Of a stretch of DNA of 64,000 bases, positions 38,061 to 48,242 are shown in pieces. A program made the translations under genes and the position numbers. Source of the stretch: a virus. Each line of letters begins with the position of its first letter. Position 1 is the stretch's first letter. A model generated the notes under the pieces. The model was not told the origin of the DNA, made no database searches, and was given only the letters and a program-made list of their open reading frames with translations. The stretch lies in IMG/VR virus record IMGVR_UViG_3300023296_000994; one strand, given 5' to 3'.

Positions 38061-39659
38061 TTAAAATATATTTAAACTTTGACTCGAAATTAAATAATTG
38101 GCCGCGTTGCCTGATGATAAAATTACATCAACTTTAAACGGACCTGTTGTGTCCATTAATCCTACATTTGAAGATGCAGTTATTTCTAATTTTTCTCCAG
38201 CTAGTAATTGATAAAATGTATACCGGCGGCCGTTTGTTGCGGCCGATGGCGACGGTAATTTATAATTTACACTACCGCTTGCCACATGGGTTTCAGGGGA
38301 AAAATTAGTCAGTACAATATTTCCAGTTGTATTTTCATCGGGTGGGTGGATCGACCCACTCATATATCTAATAGTTCTATTTGCTTGTATACGTTGACTA
38401 TCGATACGATCGAGGCCGGTGTCGAATTGAATATCCAACACACTACCATTTTTGCTGCCGCTGGCACCAATAAAGTTTATAGTGTCATCATTAGTAAGTG
38501 CTAGTGAATCAAAACCTACGAGACCCACAGGATCTGATGATGACACGTTGAACCCACTAAATATAACTAACGGTCCATTTGTATATTTTTGTAACGCATT
38601 ATCCCATTTGATTACATGATTCGCGCCTTCTGATAGCGACCGCGTTACACCAAATAAATCATATACGGCTGATATTTCATTTGATCCTGTGAATGAATGG
38701 GCCACCACATTTGCACTAGTAGATATATACGCACTGCATGATATAACACCATCAACTATCAATGATTTACTAACAAATGTATTGGTATTACCAACACTAA
38801 ATAATGTTTGGCCCGTTGTGGTTTGAACATCAAGTAATACACCACCTACTGTATCTTGGACTCTGAATAATGTATCACCGTCACTATTACGAACGCGTAA
38901 AATATCAGAGCCGTCACCCGTTACATCATGTGAACCTGTAATATTAACTGAGCCTGTAACATGTGCTGGGCCCGTTAATATACTGGGACCTATATTAGTA
39001 AATCCGGTTGATCCGCTTACCGTAAATGAACCGGATAGTTCTAAATTATTTGTTGTAGCGTAATTTGATCCCGTTGGTAAAAATATGGATATATTTGACC
39101 CAGTGGGTGCCCATGAAGCAGATATTGTGTATGAAGATGATTCTGCATATGACGCTGATTCTATATATGATCCCGTGTCTGCATATGATGATGATTCTGC
39201 ATATGATGATGATTCAACGCTTGTTAAACCGGATCCATCACCAGTAAATGAACCCGTAAATGAACCAGTGAATGGTGCTGTTATTGCATTAAATTGTACT
39301 GAACTTGAAATTAATCCCGCACTATTTAATGTTGTAACATTAGTTTCATTAGTAGAAATCCGTATACTAAATGAAGATGAATCTGCGTTAAATGCACCGG
39401 TTATTTCAGATGCTATTTGTTCAGAGCTAGAAAGTATTCCGGCGGGGATTGAATCTAACCCATTCCAATCAAATGAACCTGTAATACCATTGGATACGTT
39501 TACTGAACCTGTTATTTGTATTTCGTTGGTAGTAGCATAAAATGAACCTGTCTGAATAAATATACCAGACCCGCCTCCACCTCCAGTTCCGGTTAACTGA
39601 GAACCATCACCCTTAAATGAACCGGAAAAGCTACCACTACGTAGTACAAAATCACCCAT
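38061..39659 (-). CDS. Ser/Gly-rich tail-fibre-like virion protein
   Basis: SGSFSGSF.GDGS.LT, SSSYA and TGS repeats. Confidence 0.6.
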   Translation of the reverse strand: MGDFVLRSGSFSGSFKGDGSQLTGTGGGGGSGIFIQTGSFYATTNEIQITGSVNVSNGITGSFDWNGLDSIPAGILSSSEQIASEITGAFNADSSSFSIRISTNETNVTTLNSAGLISSSVQFNAITAPFTGSFTGSFTGDGSGLTSVESSSYAESSSYADTGSYIESASYAESSSYTISASWAPTGSNISIFLPTGSNYATTNNLELSGSFTVSGSTGFTNIGPSILTGPAHVTGSVNITGSHDVTGDGSDILRVRNSDGDTLFRVQDTVGGVLLDVQTTTGQTLFSVGNTNTFVSKSLIVDGVISCSAYISTSANVVAHSFTGSNEISAVYDLFGVTRSLSEGANHVIKWDNALQKYTNGPLVIFSGFNVSSSDPVGLVGFDSLALTNDDTINFIGASGSKNGSVLDIQFDTGLDRIDSQRIQANRTIRYMSGSIHPPDENTTGNIVLTNFSPETHVASGSVNYKLPSPSAATNGRRYTFYQLLAGEKLEITASSNVGLMDTTGPFKVDVILSSGNAANYLISSQSLNIF

Positions 39660-39668
39660 AGTTATCCG

Positions 39669-40772
39669 TTACGTTGTTACTGCATCTGACAATATCTTAA
39701 ATGCATTACCTTGTGCTGTTAATTCATCGTTTTCGTAATCATACAACCCTTGAGTGGGTTGGCCACCAAGAGATTGATAATATGCACCGACTACACGATC
39801 ACCCAGCGTGTTTTGGAAATAATCTAAGTAATCATTTATAACACGGCCTGTCGTTTGTGCATCAAATTGATGTTGATTTTTCTTAGCCCATTCAGTAATC
39901 GATACTTTTACATTACTTGTGTAAATAGAATCTAACTGCGACATGAACCAATCCATGTATTGTACTGGTGTATACGTATCAAAATTATCTGGTGCGAAAT
40001 ATGGGTGGATTTCTAAACACAACTTTTCAGCTGGGTCATTGAACCTACTAACAGGGATTGCTGCAATCAATAAATCATTATATTCTTTGGCGCGAGCTTC
40101 ACGGCCGGAACGGCCAAGACCAACTAATGTAGGTACACCAATGTATCCTTCAAATCCTAATTCTCGTAGCCATTGAATTTTTTGTGGGTACGCTGGGATT
40201 TCTTCTGATGGAAGATCGGCTTGATACATTTCAGGTGCATACGGTTCATTACTGATACCAACGCCATGAATTTCAACATCGTTTTCCATTACGTAATCAA
40301 TGACTTCTTTAATGTCATCCTTATCCATATGTACATGTATGGTTAACCAAACACCACATCCCGCTTGCTTAGCTGCTTCAATACAGATTTTAAAATAATT
40401 TGGTTCGCCGGCGGGAACGGGAGGATTATCTACGCCCTTAAAGCCAGCGTACTTACTTTCACCGTAACCTTCACCTGTAATCCAATATCCTACAGTTGGC
40501 GTTCCAGATGGAATTCTAACACTTTTGACATTCATTAAACTTAGTGAATTGGCAATACGTGTTGCTATAGTTGTAGCGTTTTTTGTTTTGTGTACTTTAC
40601 TTCTAAATGAACCTTGGGCGCATACACCGTGATAAAATACATCGAGTGATACTGGTGGTTCCACAGGTGGTTCCACAGGTGGTTCCACAGGTGGTTCCAC
40701 AGGTGGATCTACAGGTGTGTTATTACTATTCCACCAATTCATAAAGTGTTTCCAAAAGCCCATAATCATCAT
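39669..40772 (-). CDS. Clan GH-A glycoside hydrolase-like protein with PPVE linker
   Basis: VRIPSG, GISNEP (acid/base), EIHPY, SITEW (nucleophile). Confidence 0.7.
   Translation of the reverse strand: MMIMGFWKHFMNWWNSNNTPVDPPVEPPVEPPVEPPVEPPVSLDVFYHGVCAQGSFRSKVHKTKNATTIATRIANSLSLMNVKSVRIPSGTPTVGYWITGEGYGESKYAGFKGVDNPPVPAGEPNYFKICIEAAKQAGCGVWLTIHVHMDKDDIKEVIDYVMENDVEIHGVGISNEPYAPEMYQADLPSEEIPAYPQKIQWLRELGFEGYIGVPTLVGLGRSGREARAKEYNDLLIAAIPVSRFNDPAEKLCLEIHPYFAPDNFDTYTPVQYMDWFMSQLDSIYTSNVKVSITEWAKKNQHQFDAQTTGRVINDYLDYFQNTLGDRVVGAYYQSLGGQPTQGLYDYENDELTAQGNAFKILSDAVTT
40651..40716. repeat. 12-bp tandem repeat (ACAGGTGGTTCC on + strand) encoding (PPVE)n
   Basis: About five units directly visible. 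Confidence 0.9.
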
Positions 40773-40811
40773 CCTTTTTAGTTGTTATCTTATATAAATA
40801 TCATCGACAAA

Positions 40812-41228
40812 CTAATAAATTACACTATAATCTGCTTCGTTAATAGGCATTACTTTTGTTGGGGAACCAATCGTGTCTTGAAATGGAAATTTACCCTGTA
40901 ATGACCACATTGTTTCAACACCATTATCAGTTAACATCTGTAAATACTCATCGGTAAAGTAGCCTTGAGGCATTCTTTGTGGTATGAATATGTTAGCGCT
41001 AGCCGAATTGGAAGCAGCGGTTCCGCCGCCTGCTACATATCTGCGATTATCTACGAAATGTCTATGTAGTTTTATATTTAATAATCGATTAACATAATTT
41101 GATGTATCACGTGGATCATACAATTCATTACCTGACCCATAATTTAAATACGTTGTTACACCTGATTGCTGACTTAATCTTACTTGGGTTTGAGCTTGTG
41201 ATATTCTTGGTCCGCCTATTGTTGTCAT
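40812..41228 (-). pseudogene. Truncated paralog of the 44478-46007 glycoside hydrolase N-terminus
   Basis: Shared QQSGVTTYLNYGS, NYVNRLLNIKLHRHFVDNRRYVAGGG, WSLQGKFPFQDTIG, KVMPINEADY; stops before the catalytic residues. Confidence 0.75.
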
Positions 41229-41240
41229 TGTATTATCCGT

Positions 41241-41939
41241 TTATGATGGTATATCTGTAGTAAATGTAGATAATGCTGTTAATATAGAAATTTCGGCTCT
41301 TATTCCTGAATCAATAGAATCGTTTTCAAGGCGCCACCAATTTAAAGGTGATAATGAAGTAAGATCACCTGGTAACCCACCATTATATATCACTTCAGCA
41401 GATGGGTTGGAATTAAATATTGCAAATTCGTCGATATAATATCCCGTGTTATTAGAACTTAATACAGAGCCCCCCGTTAAAATTTCATTACTTGTCCCTG
41501 AACCATTACTATCTGGGCCGACGAATGCCAACAAAGCCCCGTCTTGATAGAGCGTCCACTTACCAAAAACGCCTAAATCACCTGTCCCATCGTAACACCA
41601 TAAATGATGGTGCCAATTACCGTCCCTATGTGAATTATCTCTAGTTCTAATTGTTGATATTCCAGTTGATGTTGTTACTTGTATATAAGACCCAAAATTT
41701 GAAGCTACATTTGAAGTAAATCCTATTCTTGGAATGGCTGCCGGTGCACCGATGTTAGCTATAAATCCAGATGTAGCTGAACCAACTGGTATTTTTAACC
41801 AAAAACTAGTTGCGAATGGGGTATTATCATTGAAACCAGACCATCCAATGGGAGGTCGTATTTGTTGTGAACCATTAGATACGGCTGCATAGTTATTTGT
41901 AAATACTGATGATAATCTTGGTCCGAATGTAAATGCCAT
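41241..41939 (-). CDS. LamG/concanavalin-like lectin-fold virion protein
   Basis: SFWLK, DGNWHH, LYQDG, IDEFAIFN, IYNGGLP.DL, WWRLE. Confidence 0.75.
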   Translation of the reverse strand: MAFTFGPRLSSVFTNNYAAVSNGSQQIRPPIGWSGFNDNTPFATSFWLKIPVGSATSGFIANIGAPAAIPRIGFTSNVASNFGSYIQVTTSTGISTIRTRDNSHRDGNWHHHLWCYDGTGDLGVFGKWTLYQDGALLAFVGPDSNGSGTSNEILTGGSVLSSNNTGYYIDEFAIFNSNPSAEVIYNGGLPGDLTSLSPLNWWRLENDSIDSGIRAEISILTALSTFTTDIPS

Positions 41940-41955
41940 AAACTGTTTTCTTTTA

Positions 41956-42654
41956 TTAAATTCCGAAGCGGTGCTTAAATATGTTAAAAATTCGTGTTAG
42001 TTCTGAGTCTGTGATTGGACGATTATAAATAAGCGTGGGGCCAATGTCACCATCAATTTCTCCGGCGTTTTGCCCGCGTTCGCCAACTTGGAAGTCGTTA
42101 CCATTGTCGATCGTATTAGCGGGAGCGCTCGTAGTGTTTACAGACACTTGTACGGCGTTTACGCCATAGTCGATATAATTTGAAGGGTCGTATCTGCCTG
42201 ACATCATCACCCAGCGGTCGGACACGTCAAATGTGGCGACGCCGGAATTTCTGAGCGTTGATACGGTTTCGGCAACGTAGAACCGGGCAGCGTCAGTTAA
42301 TGAATTACCCAGCGCCCACCCTCGATTTCCGCCGCCTCCCAGTACACCTACCCCGCCAACGTTTACGTTTGTAAATGGACTCTTAACAAAAAACACAACA
42401 GTCATACCTGTCGTTGGGTGCAAGGTTGCGTGATACGGTGTAGTGATTTTGTCGTCTACACCGGGCATCCTAAACACTCCGCCAAAGTCGGTAGATATTA
42501 GTCCATTAAGCATTATTTCGCCATGATTGCCATTAACCGATAAATCAAAAACATCTGTGCCGGTGCCGGGATAGCATCGTGGATTACCATAATCATAATA
42601 TAACATCAGACCATTTCTGGGTGGTATGTCTCGTATGCCAATTACTCCGGACAT
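41956..42654 (-). CDS. LamG/concanavalin-like lectin-fold virion protein
   Basis: GLMLYYDYGNPRCYPGTG..V.DLS.NGN.G, DGDIG...IYNRP.T..E...IFN..K.RFG; probable start 42654. Confidence 0.75.
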   Translation of the reverse strand: MSGVIGIRDIPPRNGLMLYYDYGNPRCYPGTGTDVFDLSVNGNHGEIMLNGLISTDFGGVFRMPGVDDKITTPYHATLHPTTGMTVVFFVKSPFTNVNVGGVGVLGGGGNRGWALGNSLTDAARFYVAETVSTLRNSGVATFDVSDRWVMMSGRYDPSNYIDYGVNAVQVSVNTTSAPANTIDNGNDFQVGERGQNAGEIDGDIGPTLIYNRPITDSELTRIFNIFKHRFGI

Positions 42655-44372
42655 TATATTGACCTTACGATTGTTTTGATTTTCCAACTATCTGTATCTG
42701 TCTTACTTAATAAGTGAAGTTGAGATGCAGAAATTTCAGCCGATAAAAATACATTAGATGTAACGCCAATATCAGCTGTAGTTACTTCATTGAATGACGC
42801 GGTGCCATTATTCCATATTGCTGTTATATTTCCGGCACGTGCGTTAGATGCCGACGATACTGTATAATCGAAGAATGCTCCTTCATATGAAGATGTACTA
42901 ATTGAAAATACTGATTCCGTAACAGACGATGTAGTTGATGATATTAATGCTGTCGTATATAATGAACGTGCATTATATGTTCCAATATATGTTTCGTCAT
43001 TCGAATCAACTTCTAATATCGGTAAACCATATTCATTATTTACTGAGAATAGAGAACCCGTTAAACTGTCTGTGATACTGAATAATTCGCCGGATGTACC
43101 CTTAACCAAGAATACTGGATTAGCTGACCCTGATCCTTCAAGCGTTAGTATTGAATGTGATACAACTGACCCTGATAAATATATTGAACCTGTTATGTCA
43201 ATATCAGCTGATGCTGTTAAGTACGAACCTGACTGATACCAATCTGTATCTGAACCACCGCCGGCGGATGGAGCATATGATGCTGAAACGGCGTTTAATA
43301 CGTATGATGCTGTAACTGCATTTAGAATATAAGATGCTGTAACGGCTGTGTCACTGTATGATGCGGAAGCTATTCCAGTTAAACCAGAACCATCACCCAC
43401 ATGTGACCCACTAAATACAGACCCACTAAATGTAGTTCCATATACTGTATTCCATATTGCGGCCGTATGGCCTAAATCACTAATGTTTGTATATAATGGT
43501 ATCAACGCAGGCCCATCGATTACAACTGTAGTCGAACCACTTAATATTATTGTCTTTGCTTTTAGTTGAATATCATCTAATGCATTAACACTTATTATTG
43601 TTTCTTGTCCTGGGGTATTAGCATTTACATAAAATGTTGCACCATCACCATATAATTCTGAGGCATAAAAAGTTTTGTATTTATATCCATCATTAATTTG
43701 TACATCACCTGCTACAGATACACTTCCTGTTACAGTTAATGAACCGCTTATTATCGCACTTCCTGTATATGGGAATGTTGCTCCTGATCCGCCACTTAAA
43801 GCATAAGATGCTGTTACTGCGTGTGAGGCTGATAACACCGTCATTGACGATGATTGATCGGAGAATAAAATACTTCCCGAATCCATATAGTTCAATCTAC
43901 CGAAATCTCCGTAGGTTACAATTTTAGATTTATCGGTTGAATCCGATAGACTACCGAATAAAAAACTAGATGCCGAAAATGAACCCTGAAGTATAACATT
44001 ACGTGATGCAGTTAAAAACGTGCCATCATCATTCCAATCATAATCATCAGGAGCATATGATGCCGACAATACAGACATTGATGATGTCTGCGAATTAGTA
44101 ACAAAGGAACCAGTATCTATTGTAGCAGCCGATCCCGTATCAACTGTAATATCAAATGTAGTTGCGTTACCTTTCGTAAAAGTGATTACGTTACTGGCGG
44201 CAGAGGCAGTAACTAATAATGACCCAGTTATAACTCCTGATGCGGATCCGGATGGCCCTTGCGGTCCTGTTGGTCCCTGCGGTCCAAGTTCAACTACCGT
44301 AATAACAGTATCTAAACCGTTTATTACGGTCACTATATTACTTGTAGTATTTACATTTACACTATTAGACAT
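42654..44372 (-). CDS. Tail-fibre-like protein with short collagen repeat and ASY repeats
   Basis: GPQGPTGPQGPSG, (TASY)n, GSLFSVN...GLPILEV, C-terminal GAFFDY...NARAG. Confidence 0.65.
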   Translation of the reverse strand: MSNSVNVNTTSNIVTVINGLDTVITVVELGPQGPTGPQGPSGSASGVITGSLLVTASAASNVITFTKGNATTFDITVDTGSAATIDTGSFVTNSQTSSMSVLSASYAPDDYDWNDDGTFLTASRNVILQGSFSASSFLFGSLSDSTDKSKIVTYGDFGRLNYMDSGSILFSDQSSSMTVLSASHAVTASYALSGGSGATFPYTGSAIISGSLTVTGSVSVAGDVQINDGYKYKTFYASELYGDGATFYVNANTPGQETIISVNALDDIQLKAKTIILSGSTTVVIDGPALIPLYTNISDLGHTAAIWNTVYGTTFSGSVFSGSHVGDGSGLTGIASASYSDTAVTASYILNAVTASYVLNAVSASYAPSAGGGSDTDWYQSGSYLTASADIDITGSIYLSGSVVSHSILTLEGSGSANPVFLVKGTSGELFSITDSLTGSLFSVNNEYGLPILEVDSNDETYIGTYNARSLYTTALISSTTSSVTESVFSISTSSYEGAFFDYTVSSASNARAGNITAIWNNGTASFNEVTTADIGVTSNVFLSAEISASQLHLLSKTDTDSWKIKTIVRSI

Positions 44373-44477
44373 TTATGCGTAGGTATCCCAATATATTGAT
44401 TTACATATAAATATCAATTTATATTAATTAACTACACAAAATATAGCGTAGTAACTATAGTATTCATACGGAAACTA

Positions 44478-46007
44478 TTAAACGACTGAGCCTGATATTA
44501 CGAATCTAATATTTTCAGTTTCAGTTTCAAATGTAATAGATTTCAATGATGTGAAATCAACTTCAATAGTAGGTTTTTCACTTCCTGTTGGAGGTAGGCT
44601 ACCTGTCGGTACTGGGTCAGGCAAAATGACTGTAGATACAATGGTTGGGTCTGGTGTAAGTTCTCCAGAATTATCTTTATCGCTCCAACCCAACGTAATA
44701 AAATCGCCGGTAGGTCCAAGTAACGTAGCATAATATTCATTAGTTAATGAATTTGGATAGTATCCTGTAACGTCATATTCACCCCAACTTGAAATAAAGT
44801 CTTCATATATTCTAAGTGATGGCTTACGTGTTGATTCAGCATCCTTATATAACAATCCGCCGTTAAAATATGCACCCGAATCATATGCATCCTTACAATG
44901 CCAAAACGTAGTAGCCATATGCTTATCCAATGAACTCCACATTAATACTAATCGCGTCATTAATACACCATGAGATTCCAATTGTGTGAATCCTTCCTGT
45001 ATAGGAGCTGCATTTTTACTTGTATCTATATTGGGCGATGATGACCAGCCGGTTTCAGTACAATACCAACCTGCAATATCAAATTCATGGCAGAGGTCAT
45101 TTACCCATAGTCCTAGTTCGTATGCATCAACAAATTCAGGAGAAGCGCCTGTGTCAGTACCACCTTGCCCTTGATTTTGGTTAAGTTCTCGCATGTACCA
45201 ATGGAACGAAATATAAACATCGGATGGTACTTTACCACCGAATAATACTTTCAAATGGTCTAGCATTCTACGTAGGAATTCCCTATCATTTTTAATTCCA
45301 ATTGGAGGACCGGTCACTATCTTAATTGTTTGAGAGTACTTACGAACTTCAGTATAAACTGCGTAATAAGCTGCTGCTGTTCCTTCGGCTGTAATACTAT
45401 TTGTTGCACCTATCCAATCGGGGTTTACGTTTGGTTCGTTTAATACTTGGATAATTTGAACTAGTCCCATACCTGCCTTTGGTGTGTTACTTAAATAACT
45501 TGGATGGAGATTAGTAATAGAATTAGGGTCATGTTGCCATACATCAGCTGAGTCAATAAATGCTGATGAATCATCTGCGTATCTAATTGCCACTTGTCCG
45601 GCGTATTTTCCAAGTTCAAACCATACACCAGGATTACCCTGATCTGGATAATCTGCTTCATTGATTGGCATTACTTTGGAAGGTGTACCTATTGTATCTT
45701 GAAACGGAAACTTACCTTGTAATGACCATATATTTTCAACACCTGCGTCTTTTAATAGCTGTAGGTATTCGTCGGTCCAAAAGCCCTGAGGCATACGTGC
45801 TGGCATAAATTGATTAATACTATCTACATTGAATCCAGGAGGGCCACCTCCTGCAACATATCTACGATTATCAACAAAGTGTCGATGTAGTTTTATGTTT
45901 AATAATCGATTGACGTAATTACCAGGTCTTACTGGATTATATAATGTATTACTTGATCCGTAATTTAAATACGTTGTTACACCTGATTGTTGTTTTAATT
46001 TTATCAT
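44478..46007 (-). CDS. Clan GH-A glycoside hydrolase-like protein
   Basis: IQVLNEPN (acid/base), ISFHWY, WYCTETGW (nucleophile), GLL...RKPS. Confidence 0.72.
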   Translation of the reverse strand: MIKLKQQSGVTTYLNYGSSNTLYNPVRPGNYVNRLLNIKLHRHFVDNRRYVAGGGPPGFNVDSINQFMPARMPQGFWTDEYLQLLKDAGVENIWSLQGKFPFQDTIGTPSKVMPINEADYPDQGNPGVWFELGKYAGQVAIRYADDSSAFIDSADVWQHDPNSITNLHPSYLSNTPKAGMGLVQIIQVLNEPNVNPDWIGATNSITAEGTAAAYYAVYTEVRKYSQTIKIVTGPPIGIKNDREFLRRMLDHLKVLFGGKVPSDVYISFHWYMRELNQNQGQGGTDTGASPEFVDAYELGLWVNDLCHEFDIAGWYCTETGWSSSPNIDTSKNAAPIQEGFTQLESHGVLMTRLVLMWSSLDKHMATTFWHCKDAYDSGAYFNGGLLYKDAESTRKPSLRIYEDFISSWGEYDVTGYYPNSLTNEYYATLLGPTGDFITLGWSDKDNSGELTPDPTIVSTVILPDPVPTGSLPPTGSEKPTIEVDFTSLKSITFETETENIRFVISGSVV

Positions 46008-46052
46008 CTATTAACTTTAGTTTTGCTTTATTATAAATATCAGTGAAATTGA

Positions 46053-46145
46053 TTATAAATAGGGTCTTTTCATTGTCCCTGCGACGTTCTCGGTAAATTT
46101 CTTGTCCAGCGAAAGTGTCCGCCGTTGTTCTAATGTAAATGCCAT
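46053..46145 (-). repeat. Gene-start fragment copy 1 (MAFTLEQRRTLSLDKKFTENVAGTMKRPYL*)
   Basis: Near-identical to 47334-47417; follows a GHEA-motif gene. Confidence 0.8.
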
Positions 46146-46154
46146 GATGTTAGA

Positions 46155-46868
46155 TTATGGTACGTCAGTTGAGTAGATTGGCGGGTTGGTACTAACCTGG
46201 GTTATTGTGTCTGCTAAAGTGCCGGAATCTGTTAGGTTGTTTTCGCCCCTCAGCCAGTTTAACGGGCTGGTCGGGAGTAGGTCTAAATTGCCGGGGGTGC
46301 CGCCATTGTATAGGTCCGCAATGGCCGGGGCATAGTCAAAAAATGCCCACTCGTCTAAATATATCTCCCCTGATTTGCTCGACGCCAATATCTCAGCATC
46401 CCCCGTTGCTGACCAAGGCAGCGATGCGGGCGTGATCTGGGTGAATTTACTGCCCACCGCAAGACCATCAATATATAAATCAACATCGGCAAAGTCGTAT
46501 GTGTAGCTATTAGCAATAACAGCCACATGGTGCCAAGTGTTGTCATTTATCCCATAACTTGTTATTATCCTGTTTCTTAGGTTGCCGCCAAATTGTACAA
46601 GGTGGTCAAAATAGATATAGGTCGGGGCAAAACGAAGCCGCCAATAACCGGCACCCGGCGTGGATACCATTGTCAAAAATGGCAATTCAGTAGCAAATGC
46701 AACAGATGTTTTAATCCACATTGATAAGGCCCACGAATCGCCGGGGGCAACATTTGCTAAACAAGTCGCACCCGTCATTCTCCAAATCGAAGACTCGTAA
46801 AATGAATAGTCATTCGCAAAAGGTGGCGTTGCCTCATGCCCATGCCATGAATGATAAATTCTCGCCAT
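46155..46868 (-). CDS. LamG-like lectin-fold protein (GC-richer cassette gene)
   Basis: SMWIKT, INDNTWHHV, LYIDG, LDEWAFF, LYNGGTP. Confidence 0.75.
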   Translation of the reverse strand: MARIYHSWHGHEATPPFANDYSFYESSIWRMTGATCLANVAPGDSWALSMWIKTSVAFATELPFLTMVSTPGAGYWRLRFAPTYIYFDHLVQFGGNLRNRIITSYGINDNTWHHVAVIANSYTYDFADVDLYIDGLAVGSKFTQITPASLPWSATGDAEILASSKSGEIYLDEWAFFDYAPAIADLYNGGTPGNLDLLPTSPLNWLRGENNLTDSGTLADTITQVSTNPPIYSTDVP

Positions 46869-46869
46869 A

Positions 46870-47295
46870 TTATTCTAAATTTAAAAGAACCTTAAATACC
46901 GAACCTGTATCGGTTGGTGTATAATTGAATTGAATTGCATCACCATCTGAAATACTTTGTGATATAAATTCACTTAATCCATTTGAACTTGAAATGTATA
47001 ATGAACCGGAATCAATAGTTCCATTAACAATTGATTGTGTTGCAACTGTAAGCGTTGATGAATCTCTAAATGATGCTGTCGTTGCATATGATGTATTCGA
47101 TCCCAATGAAATCATATCAACATAATGTACGTCAGGTACTAGCCATTGAGACCCTGATAATTCACCTACTAATGATCCTGTTCCATTTACTACTTGTATA
47201 TTAACTGACCCGGTTGGTATTATTGTAGTGAATGGAGTATTATTCACATTAATTGAACCGGTTGGTATATTATTTACGCGTATTATTAAAGACAT
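46870..47295 (-). CDS. Hypothetical beta-rich structural protein
   Basis: TGS-rich; resembles the C-terminal extension of 48365-49765; promoter motif upstream. Confidence 0.55.
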   Translation of the reverse strand: MSLIIRVNNIPTGSINVNNTPFTTIIPTGSVNIQVVNGTGSLVGELSGSQWLVPDVHYVDMISLGSNTSYATTASFRDSSTLTVATQSIVNGTIDSGSLYISSSNGLSEFISQSISDGDAIQFNYTPTDTGSVFKVLLNLE

Positions 47296-47333
47296 TTGTT
47301 ATTTTATATAAATATCAATTAGATTGATTATAA

Positions 47334-47417
47334 TCAGTTCTTCATGGTGCCCGCGATGCGTTCGGTGGTTTTCTTGTCCAGCGAAAGTGTACGCCTTTGT
47401 TCTAATGTAAATGCCAT
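47334..47417 (-). repeat. Gene-start fragment copy 2 (MAFTLEQRRTLSLDKKTTERIAGTMKN*)
   Basis: Near-identical to 46053-46145; homology ends at the same codon. Confidence 0.8.
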
Positions 47418-47426
47418 GATTTGATT

Positions 47427-48242
47427 TTAATAAATCGTGTAGTAATTGTTGATGTTTGCCCTAATCCCGGCCTCGTTTGAAAATTGGTCTGTTTCGTACG
47501 TAATTATCTCGGCCATACAAGACCTGAACCCACGGCCAATTGAAGATGGTGGCCTAAAAAGAGAAGTTATTGTGATGTCTTTTATGACATCGGAATTAGT
47601 TGTTTGGGAATTGTTTATGTAGATGCTATTGGTTGGCCCATAGTTTACAAAGGTCTCTATGTAGGGGGAATTACTAGCAACAGTGTCAATTGAAAACAAA
47701 TTTTGTGCCCCCTTTGCGACGAATGGGAACCTCCCGGCAGAGGTACCGCCAATTGAGTAGCCATATGAAAGCAATGCGCCGGACAATATGTAATTCTGTG
47801 CGGATTGGGCGACTGGTTTTATAGCACAAAAAAGAGCATTGGTAACAAAAGAAGATGGATAATCATAGTACATAGTGCCTAGTTCAGCACTTATGGCAGG
47901 CTTCCCGGAAACATCATAAAACACTCCGTTTTTGAAATATGGCTTTTTCCCGGCTAAGAAAACAGCGTCCCTAGCATTACCAGACTGGTCGTAAATTATA
48001 TCAACATAGGTAATCCCGCCGTCAAGGTTGGAAAATGTTTGCGCCAACACGTCATCCACATCTTCACCTATAAATCCTACATCCAATGTGCCAGAAGAAT
48101 TGGATAGTTTATAAGCGTAAGTAGCTGTATTTTTTAGTTTTCTTGCACTTGAATACGCAAGATTCGCGCCTGGATACGTATCAAGTATCGGCGTGAACGC
48201 TGGCGCTGCCTCATGCCCAAAAAGGTAGTATCGCTTCGCCAT
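47427..48242 (-). CDS. Concanavalin/arabinofuranosidase-B-like beta-sandwich protein (GC-richer cassette gene)
   Basis: LDTYPGA..AYS.RKL, YDQSGNARDA, EIITY..DQ..N..GI..NINNYY.IY. Confidence 0.6.
   Translation of the reverse strand: MAKRYYLFGHEAAPAFTPILDTYPGANLAYSSARKLKNTATYAYKLSNSSGTLDVGFIGEDVDDVLAQTFSNLDGGITYVDIIYDQSGNARDAVFLAGKKPYFKNGVFYDVSGKPAISAELGTMYYDYPSSFVTNALFCAIKPVAQSAQNYILSGALLSYGYSIGGTSAGRFPFVAKGAQNLFSIDTVASNSPYIETFVNYGPTNSIYINNSQTTNSDVIKDITITSLFRPPSSIGRGFRSCMAEIITYETDQFSNEAGIRANINNYYTIY

Noticed and set aside
40651-40716. CRISPR-like or regulatory repeat
   Set aside because: Spacer-less 12-bp in-frame coding repeat (PPVE linker).
40827-45991. Diversity-generating retroelement template/variable repeat pair
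   Set aside because: Differences between the duplicated segments are not adenine-specific, they lie at a gene 5' end, and no reverse transcriptase is in the window.
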